This document shows positions 57,271 to 64,000 of a stretch of DNA of 64,000 bases, piece after piece. Positions within the stretch are counted from its first letter, which is position 1. Every line of letters starts with the position of its first letter. The notes below the pieces were generated by a model. That model was not told the origin of the DNA. It ran no database searches and saw only the letters and a list, made by a program, of their open reading frames with translations. The stretch comes from Planctomycetota bacterium (GTDB lineage: Bacteria > Planctomycetota > B15-G4 > JADJEK01). The stretch is taken from the NCBI GenBank assembly GCA_044225365.1, contig JBGAIQ010000024.1, positions 1 to 64,000 of the forward strand, written 5' to 3'. Both the position numbers and the translations under genes were made by a program.

Positions 57271-58419
57271 TCAGCCCGACGAATCGAGGTCTTCGAAGAA
57301 GGTCTCCGAGGAGTCCAGGTTGCGAAGGTAGTCGTGGAAGTCGAGGCGCGAGTCGGCGTCGATCACGTGACGCTCATCGCTGCCCAGCATCCGATCGACG
57401 ACCCAGTTCGGCAGATAGGCCTCGGCGGTGAGTTCCTTGTCGTTCACCATCTCCTCGAGCGCGATGAGGTTGTGCTTGATGAGCGGACTGCGCTTTCCAA
57501 GGAAACGACGCTTGCGGACGACATCCTCCTCGCTCGTGGAGACGAGCTTCAGGAGGTCGACGGCATCCAGGAACGCGCTGCCTTCGGTCAGCTCCTGGAA
57601 CAGCAACGTGACGAGCACGATCTGCTCTTCCTCGCCCAGCCCGTATTCGGTGCGCATCGTCGCGAGCGGGAACTCCGCCGAGTTGGGCGTCGCGTCGAGC
57701 GACTCCTGGATCCTGCGCCGGAACGCATCGATCTGCTGATCGAGCGCGGAGACCGACTCGGGGGTTCCGAGACCAATGTCGTCCCAGTAGTCGAATTGGA
57801 AGACCTTCGAGGCGCGCTTGCGGTAGAGGAGCGAGAGCCGCCGAATGTCCATCAAGTACGCGAGGTTCGAGCGGTACTGCGTGGGCTTGCCCCGCGATGG
57901 CGGGAGCGCGAGCGGCTTGTGATCGAGGAACGAGTTCCGCACCAGCTTGAACACGCGATCGGAGATCTTGTACGGCGTTTCGAGGACGTCGTCGTCCTCC
58001 TGCTTCGCTCGGAGATCGGGCGTCGCAAGTCCAGCGGAGAGCAACGCGCTCGTGGGTTCGAGGAACGAGCAGCCGCGAAGGGTGTCGAACGACGAGTCGA
58101 ACAGGAGCTGCAGCAGATCGCGTCCGCGGAGATAGGGATTCTCGTTCGTCAGCCGCTGGCGCAGGAGCGCGAGCAGGATCACGAACTGATACTTGTTCAG
58201 CCTGTAGCGGCGGTAGACGGATCCGAGCGGGGACTGGTCGGGCAGTTCGCGCAGGTCCGAGCCGATGCGTTCGATTTGCTCGCGACTCTGCTTCTGGAGT
58301 CGCCGAGTCTCGGCGAGCGGCAACGACTCGTCCTTTCCCAGGCGACTGCGCAACTGGCCGAGCTGATCGTAATGATCCAGCAGTCGCTTCACCACGGCAC
58401 GTTCGGAAGGCTGCGACAT
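57271..58419 (-). CDS. Hypothetical protein with two tandem winged-helix-like repeats
   Basis: PLGSVYRRYRLNKYQFVILLALL...FLEPTSALLSAGL versus PLATMRTEYGLGEEEQIVLVTLL...FLGKRSPLIKHNL. Confidence 0.75.
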   Translation of the reverse strand: MSQPSERAVVKRLLDHYDQLGQLRSRLGKDESLPLAETRRLQKQSREQIERIGSDLRELPDQSPLGSVYRRYRLNKYQFVILLALLRQRLTNENPYLRGRDLLQLLFDSSFDTLRGCSFLEPTSALLSAGLATPDLRAKQEDDDVLETPYKISDRVFKLVRNSFLDHKPLALPPSRGKPTQYRSNLAYLMDIRRLSLLYRKRASKVFQFDYWDDIGLGTPESVSALDQQIDAFRRRIQESLDATPNSAEFPLATMRTEYGLGEEEQIVLVTLLFQELTEGSAFLDAVDLLKLVSTSEEDVVRKRRFLGKRSPLIKHNLIALEEMVNDKELTAEAYLPNWVVDRMLGSDERHVIDADSRLDFHDYLRNLDSSETFFEDLDSSG

Positions 58420-58604
58420 GATCCGGCTCCTGACCGACGACGCGAGCACGACCGCTTCGCGTCCGTTGGGGTGACCCCCAAGACCGACGCCAAAGCGGGG
58501 GTCGAATTATAGATCGACGAGTGCGCGCTCCACGTCGCGCAACCGCTCCCCAGCGCTCCTCCTCGGCCGGGCCATTTCCTTAACGCGACCTGGGCGCGTG
58601 CGTT

Positions 58605-59579
58605 ATGTTGGCGGAAATGACTTTCGCGCATTCTTGCGACGGTGATCCCGCACCCTCCGCGGCCCTCGACCTCGGCAGCAACATGTTCCGTCTGGTCGTT
58701 GGAAATCGTGACAAGTCAGGATCTATCAAGATCTTGGGGAAGTGGGCGGAGGTCGTGGCGCTGGCAGAGGGGATGCTCGAAAAGGGGATGATCGGCGAGC
58801 AGCCCAGAGCCAGGGCTGAAGCCACGTTGCGCCGATTTCGGACCGAGATCGCACGCCGTGCGGTCGTTTCGGTTCACGCTGTCGGCACAGGTGCGTTTCG
58901 CGGCGCGTCGAACCGGCAATTCGTGCAGGATTCACTCGCGTCGATCCTGGGAGCCCCGATCGAGATCATCGACGGCAGCCGTGAAGCCGCTCTCGCGGCG
59001 CTCGGTGTCGCTTCTGGCCACGAACCGGGTCGAGACTTCACAATGCTCGACATCGGCGGCGTCAGCACCGAGGTATGCGCCACGGTGAACGGTCGTCGTG
59101 AATCGCAGTCGATCGAGATTGGAGTCATCACCCTCTCGGAACTCGCGGAAAGGGAGCGTGTGACCCCGGAGACTCGGCTCGACTACATGGTGGCGCGCGC
59201 CGCAGAGGTGTTGGAGCCGTTGCGCGCGCTCGCTCCGCCGATCGAAGAAGTCTGCTTCGCGGTGGGTGGAGCGGCCGTCGCGCTCGTCGCCCATCGCGAC
59301 GGATCGTCCTACTGCTCGTTCACGGGGGATGGCCGCTCGTTGCTGAACCGAAGTGAGCTCGATCGGTTGTTCCTCGATTACTCCCATGCACCGCCCGCGG
59401 AACGCGCCGCTCGCATCGGAGTATCGAAGGAGCACGGTAATCTGATTCCTGCAGGCTACGCGATCCTGAGTACGGCGATGACGATCCTCGGAGTGGACGC
59501 GGTGGTTCCCTCGGGTCGGGGCGTCGCTGAAGGTCTGCTCTTCGAGACGATGAAAGCCAACGAACCGCCGGGCAGATGA
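58605..59579 (+). CDS. Ppx/GppA-family phosphatase (short form)
   Basis: LDLGSNMFRL, GTGAFRGASN, IIDGSREA, DIGGVSTE. Confidence 0.88.
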   Translation: MLAEMTFAHSCDGDPAPSAALDLGSNMFRLVVGNRDKSGSIKILGKWAEVVALAEGMLEKGMIGEQPRARAEATLRRFRTEIARRAVVSVHAVGTGAFRGASNRQFVQDSLASILGAPIEIIDGSREAALAALGVASGHEPGRDFTMLDIGGVSTEVCATVNGRRESQSIEIGVITLSELAERERVTPETRLDYMVARAAEVLEPLRALAPPIEEVCFAVGGAAVALVAHRDGSSYCSFTGDGRSLLNRSELDRLFLDYSHAPPAERAARIGVSKEHGNLIPAGYAILSTAMTILGVDAVVPSGRGVAEGLLFETMKANEPPGR

Positions 59580-60760
59580 AGGAACGACGACGCTCCACTC
59601 ACCCGCTGCGGTTTCGGATCCTCATGATCCTGGCCCTCTCGTCGTTCGTCGCGTGGGCGCTCGTCGACGGTTATCAGGTGCGCGGCAACTCGATGCAGCC
59701 GCTCCTCGTCGATCGCAAGGAATCCCCAGATCGGGTCTTCGCAATCGCTCACGGATTCGCGTTCGGAGGGCCGCAGCGATTCGACCTCGTCGTGTTCGAC
59801 CGCCCGCCTTCGGACTTGCCCAAAGAGGACGTCGTCGACGTCGCGTTGGGCGATCGCTGCGTGAAACGCGTGATCGCTTTCGCGGGTGAGCGGCCCTACA
59901 TCGAGGGTGGTGATCTCTTCCTCGAGCACGACGCGAAGGGCGCAGTCACGCGCGAGCGACTCCGTCGACCCATCGCGGTCATCGATCAGATGATCGTCTC
60001 GGTCGCGACGTTCGAGTGGGTTCCTCAGCAATCGAAGTGGACGGTCCCATCGAACGCGATCGTCGAGCATTCGTCGCTCGTCCTCACGCCCCTTTCGCAG
60101 GGCGGTGGCGCGACCGTTCAATACGAGGATCCGATCCGCAACGATTTCATCGATCGCAATGGTGATCTCATTGCGGGCAGCGAAACCGTGAACGACGTCG
60201 GCATCGAATTCGACTTCGAGCCGATCGCCGAGGACGATTGCGTCGCGATCGAGCTTCGCGAACAGGCGGACGTCTTCACGGTCACGCTCGCCACCCGTTC
60301 CGCGCTGAAGATCGAACGCCGCCGCGGCCCGGGGGCCCCCGAAGCGTGCCCGACCGACTCCACCGCACTCCTTCCGCAACGATCCTGCCACGTGCGAGCG
60401 TTGAATTGCGACGACGAGATCCTGGTCTTCCTCGATGGATCGCTCGTGGGACGCTGGTCCTATCAGGGCAACGAGCCCGCGGTCGGGATCCTGCCGAACG
60501 CACCGGCGCTCTCCCTGCTGCGGGGGAAAGCACGATTTTCGAGGATCACAGTGATTCGCGACGCCTACTACACGCGGTCACGGGTCGCCGGAAGCGGGAT
60601 CTCGGACTTCCCGCGCGTGCCCGATGGGGGCCTCTTCGTGCTCGGGGACAATAGCGTCAACAGCGTGGACAGTCGGGACTTCGGACCGATCGAGATGTCG
60701 ACACTCAGCGGTCGGCCGATCGCCCGATATCGGGTGGGCGAAGGCCTGAAGGGCCTCTGA
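59576..60760 (+). CDS. lepB: Signal peptidase I with a large internal insertion
   Basis: GNSMQPLL (Ser), VKRVIA (Lys), LGDNSVNSVDSRDFG. Confidence 0.88.
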   Translation: MKERRRSTHPLRFRILMILALSSFVAWALVDGYQVRGNSMQPLLVDRKESPDRVFAIAHGFAFGGPQRFDLVVFDRPPSDLPKEDVVDVALGDRCVKRVIAFAGERPYIEGGDLFLEHDAKGAVTRERLRRPIAVIDQMIVSVATFEWVPQQSKWTVPSNAIVEHSSLVLTPLSQGGGATVQYEDPIRNDFIDRNGDLIAGSETVNDVGIEFDFEPIAEDDCVAIELREQADVFTVTLATRSALKIERRRGPGAPEACPTDSTALLPQRSCHVRALNCDDEILVFLDGSLVGRWSYQGNEPAVGILPNAPALSLLRGKARFSRITVIRDAYYTRSRVAGSGISDFPRVPDGGLFVLGDNSVNSVDSRDFGPIEMSTLSGRPIARYRVGEGLKGL

Positions 60761-60801
60761 CGTGGGAAGGGCGAATCCAAATCGGGGCGACGAGGGATCG
60801 C

Positions 60802-60827
60802 GCAACCCTTCACCGCGTCCGCGGTTC
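60802..60827 (+). promoter_or_regulatory. Possible autoregulated ECF promoter (GCAAC...CGGTTC)
   Basis: AAC core and a GTT-type -10 about 17 bp apart, just before GTG 60837. Confidence 0.3.
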
Positions 60828-60836
60828 AACGAGCGA

Positions 60837-61457
60837 GTGAGAGAAGCGCCTGCCGTATCACCGCGGGTCGAAGACGGAGCGGAGCTGATGCTTCGCGTCC
60901 GTTCGGGCGATCGAACTGCATTTGCGCAGCTCGTCGAACGCTACCAGCGCGTGGTGCTGAATTCGGTCTACCGCTACGTGGGGAACCGCGCGACGGCAGA
61001 AGATCTCACGCAAGACGTGTTCGTGCGGATGTTCCGCGCAGCATCGACGTATGAACGGCGAGCGAAGTTCGAGACATGGCTGCATCGAATCGTGTTCAAC
61101 CTTTGCGCGAACGCCGCCGACTACGGTCGCCGCCGTCGCGCGCTGTCCCTCGATCTCGAGAGTCCGGATTCGGGTCGAGCGATCGAGGTCGAATCGGACG
61201 ACACGCGCACGCCCCTCGATCGAGTCGAGAGCGACGAGGTGTCGAAAGTCGTCCGCGCCGCGATCGAGAAGCTACCCGCGCAGCAAAAGGCCGCATTGAT
61301 CCTCAGTCGCTACCGCAGTCTGGCCCACCAAGAGATCGCCGATGCCCTCGACGTATCGGTCGAAGCCGTGAAGTCCTTGCTGTTTCGTGCGAGGGAGAAC
61401 CTGCGCGAGGCGCTCGCCCCGTACCTGAAAGACGAGGTGCGTGATGATGAATTGTGA
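60837..61457 (+). CDS. ECF RNA polymerase sigma factor
   Basis: GDRTAFAQLVERY, AEDLTQDVF, FETWLHRIVFN, EIADALDVSVEAVKSLLFRAR. Start could instead be 60762. Confidence 0.92.
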   Translation: MREAPAVSPRVEDGAELMLRVRSGDRTAFAQLVERYQRVVLNSVYRYVGNRATAEDLTQDVFVRMFRAASTYERRAKFETWLHRIVFNLCANAADYGRRRRALSLDLESPDSGRAIEVESDDTRTPLDRVESDEVSKVVRAAIEKLPAQQKAALILSRYRSLAHQEIADALDVSVEAVKSLLFRARENLREALAPYLKDEVRDDEL

Positions 61458-61959
61458 TGACCTGAAGAACTGCGTCGAAGGCCTGTTCGTGCTGAAGAGC
61501 GCATCCGAGTTGCCCGCCGCGCAGCAGGCGCATCTCGAACGGTGCACGCGCTGCTCACAATTCGTGGAAGAGCGAATCGCGCTCGACGCCTTGCTCGACC
61601 GAGTGGGGGACATCGAACCGCAACCGGGCCTCGTTCGCGACGTGCTGGCGCGAATCGAAGAGCCCGTCGTCCTTCCGCGAGATGCGAGGCCTCGCGTGTC
61701 GATGTCACTACGGCGGGTCGCGGCGCTCCTCATCGCAGCCGCGGCGATCGTCGTCGGCGTTCGGTTCTATTGCGGCGATCGTCCCGGGACGAATGGCCGG
61801 ACGAGCGAGACAGGAGCCGAGGAGCCACCCGATGCGGCGATGCTCGCGAACCTCGATCTCCTTCTCAATTGGGACGTCCTCGACGAGCACGCCGAGGACC
61901 TCGATCTCATCACTGCCGAAGATCTCGCATCCGCTGCGAGCGATCCGCAGGAAGGCTGA
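61447..61959 (+). CDS. Zinc-binding (ZAS-type) anti-sigma factor, single TM
   Basis: MNC...HLERCTRC (HxxxCxxC) and TM VAALLIAAAAIVVGV; overlaps the sigma gene stop. Confidence 0.8.
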   Translation: MNCDDLKNCVEGLFVLKSASELPAAQQAHLERCTRCSQFVEERIALDALLDRVGDIEPQPGLVRDVLARIEEPVVLPRDARPRVSMSLRRVAALLIAAAAIVVGVRFYCGDRPGTNGRTSETGAEEPPDAAMLANLDLLLNWDVLDEHAEDLDLITAEDLASAASDPQEG

Positions 61960-61963
61960 TGCG

Positions 61964-62980
61964 ATGAAACGAATCACCGCGGTCGTCGCGACGATCCTCA
62001 CCATGTTCCTGGCGAGTGCATCATCGCTCCACGCCCAGGATCCGCGCGCGAAGTGGGATCAGCTCTCGAAGGAACAGCGCGAGATCGTTCGTCAGCGGTT
62101 CGAGATGTGGAAGAACCTGCCCAAGGAGCGGCGCGATGAGATCGCTCGCCGCCAGGCGGAATTCGAGAATGCGCGAGCGGAGGTCTTCGATCCGCACCTT
62201 TCCCCACCGCCGCGCGGGCCCGAAGCCGATCGCCGTGTCCACGACCTCTTGAAGAAGAAGAGGAACGAGATCCTCGGCCGCTCAGGACTCTCGAAGGAGC
62301 AGATCGAGAATCTCTCGACGGCCGACCTGCCGAGCTTTGCGAGAGCGCGTGCACTCGATCGCCTCGGCGATCTCGAAAAGCGCGGCATCGTCGACGCTTC
62401 GGAGGCCGCTCGTCTGCGCGAGCTACCCCCGCCAGGCCTTGCGAAGGAACTGCGTCGGTTGCAGAAATCCGCCTTCCTGAAGTCTCCCCCTCCCGCATAC
62501 CTCGCGATTCCCGAAGCCGATCGCAAGACGCTCGAGGCGCTGCCACCGGAGGAGTTCCTGAAGGAGGTGAAGCGCTACCTTCCCCGGCCCCAGAAGGGGG
62601 TTCCGCCGCCGTTCCCGTTCGGACCTCCGGGTCGTGAGGGACCGCCTCCCGGCCCAGGCTCGCCGCCGGGTGAGGGCGGCCCGCCGCCGGATGGGCCGCG
62701 GTTCCCGCGGTTTGCTGCGAACTCTCGCTTCCGAGTCGTGAAGGACTGGATCGACTCTCACGTGACCGAGGAGGAACGAAAGGAGATCCAGAGCGCCGAT
62801 CCGATCGAGCGCCGTCAGATCGCGCGCAAGATCCTGAAGGCCCATGCGCGGGCAGCCCTGCGCGAACGGGGGCTCGACGAGCGACTCGTGAACGAGACCG
62901 ACGTTCTGCCGCGGGAAGACCGCGAGATCCGCCTCATCCAGTTGATCGATCGGAATTTCGTCGCGCCGCCGGTGAGATAG
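61964..62980 (+). CDS. Exported DUF3106-like helical-repeat protein with a Pro/Gly-rich segment
   Basis: Signal peptide SLHA|QD; WDQLSKEQR...WKNLPKERR repeats. Confidence 0.65.
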   Translation: MKRITAVVATILTMFLASASSLHAQDPRAKWDQLSKEQREIVRQRFEMWKNLPKERRDEIARRQAEFENARAEVFDPHLSPPPRGPEADRRVHDLLKKKRNEILGRSGLSKEQIENLSTADLPSFARARALDRLGDLEKRGIVDASEAARLRELPPPGLAKELRRLQKSAFLKSPPPAYLAIPEADRKTLEALPPEEFLKEVKRYLPRPQKGVPPPFPFGPPGREGPPPGPGSPPGEGGPPPDGPRFPRFAANSRFRVVKDWIDSHVTEEERKEIQSADPIERRQIARKILKAHARAALRERGLDERLVNETDVLPREDREIRLIQLIDRNFVAPPVR

Positions 62981-63032
62981 CTCTTCCTCGACGTCGTCCC
63001 CGCGGTGCGTTCCTACACTGTCGCGCCACACG

Positions 63033-64000
63033 ATGTGGCCCACGGCGATCAAGCTACTGCTCCTTCTCGTCATCGCGGCGGCGGCTTGGCTATTGCCGCG
63101 ATGGCTCGCGAAGGCGGAGCGTTCGCTGCAGCGAGTGCTCTCTCGAATCTCGCGCCACGGCGCCCTCTCCTTGCTCCTCCTCGCGATCTCGGCCCTGATC
63201 GTTCCGGCTGCAGTGACGCACTTCACCGGCGCGCCGGTGCCGACCGTTCACGACGAATTCAGCTACCTCCTCGCGGCGGATACCTTCGCCTCGGGTCGAC
63301 TCTCGAATCCGTCGCCGCCCCTTCCCGAGCATTTCGAGTCGTTCCATGTGCTCGTCGAACCGACCTACGCCTCGAAGTACCCGCCCGCCCAAGGGCTCCT
63401 CCTTGCGCTCGGCGAAGTCGCGTTCGGTGACGTTCTGTGGGGCGTGCGTCTCTCCGCCGCGTTCGCTGCGATCGCGGTGTGGTGGATGCTGCGAAATTTC
63501 CTACCGCCTCGCTTCGCGTTCTTCGGCGCACTCGTGTTCCTGTTCAAGATCGGGTTTGCGAGCTACTGGACGCATTCGTTCTGGGGCGGCAACGTCGCCG
63601 CGTGCGGTGGAGCGCTCGTGCTGGGAAGCGCCCGGGCGTTGCGAGAGCGGTGGACCGTTTGGCACGGCATGCTCTACGCGCTCGGCCTTCTCATCCTCGC
63701 GATGTCGCGGCCGTACGAAGGCCTCGTCTGCGCCGCCCTATCGCTCGTCGTCTACTTCCAGAGGGGAGGGCATCGCTTTGCGAGCCGCCCGACGGTCGCG
63801 GGGATCGTCGCGCCGGGAGTCGTGATCGCGCTCGGGGCCGCGTTCCTCCTTCGCTACGACGTCGCGGTCACCGGTTCACCCTTCGAGCTTCCGCATGCGC
63901 ACTACGCGAAAACGCGCGAAGCCGTCCCGGCGTTCTTCCTGCAGTCGAGGAGTGAACGGCCGGTCTCGACCCGCAGCGAAGTCCAGCGGCATCTGGAGCG
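63033..64000 (+). CDS. Polytopic GT-C (PMT/ArnT-like) glycosyltransferase, runs off the window end
   Basis: Absent from the ORF track because it has no stop. MWPTAIKLLLL..., PTVHDEFSYLLAADTFASGRL, YASKYPPAQGLLLALG, many TM segments. Confidence 0.75.
   Translation, partial: MWPTAIKLLLLLVIAAAAWLLPRWLAKAERSLQRVLSRISRHGALSLLLLAISALIVPAAVTHFTGAPVPTVHDEFSYLLAADTFASGRLSNPSPPLPEHFESFHVLVEPTYASKYPPAQGLLLALGEVAFGDVLWGVRLSAAFAAIAVWWMLRNFLPPRFAFFGALVFLFKIGFASYWTHSFWGGNVAACGGALVLGSARALRERWTVWHGMLYALGLLILAMSRPYEGLVCAALSLVVYFQRGGHRFASRPTVAGIVAPGVVIALGAAFLLRYDVAVTGSPFELPHAHYAKTREAVPAFFLQSRSERPVSTRSEVQRHLE

Overview
High-GC bacterial chromosomal window that contains the replication origin region. The gene repertoire is most consistent with Planctomycetota; this is an inference from the DUF3352-like, DUF1570-like and insert-bearing LepB proteins and the LPS genes. 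In order: the end of a T2SS/type IV pilus-like operon (gspE, gspF, an unusual pilin, PilM/N-, PilO- and PilP-like genes, secretin); slyD; aminopeptidase P; a VOC protein; two ABC-2 permeases; pyrB-pyrI-purF; several envelope hypotheticals; an HNH nuclease; a Zn-ribbon J-protein; parB with an internal parS; an extended HPr; a sigma70 factor; hemW-trpG-pyrF-bshC-bshB1-bshA-cysteine desulfurase; dnaA-oriC-dnaN-dciA-gyrB; a stand-alone MshEN protein; kdsD-kdsC-giant LptC/A-lptD-tat; S2P-scpA-trxA-fmt-rsmB; a LeuA-family enzyme; ppx; lepB; an ECF sigma/anti-sigma/DUF3106-like module; and a partial GT-C glycosyltransferase. I saw no rRNA, tRNA, CRISPR array or transposase. The most interesting items are a double-headed pilin with a ~200-aa basic/acidic-His/basic disordered tail, a sigma54-linked protein with a C-terminal pseudopilin head, a 1023-aa single-chain LptC/LptA-like bridge, a sigma factor that appears to start at ATC, and a bacillithiol operon next to dnaA. 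All calls come from reading motifs by eye, with no database searches.
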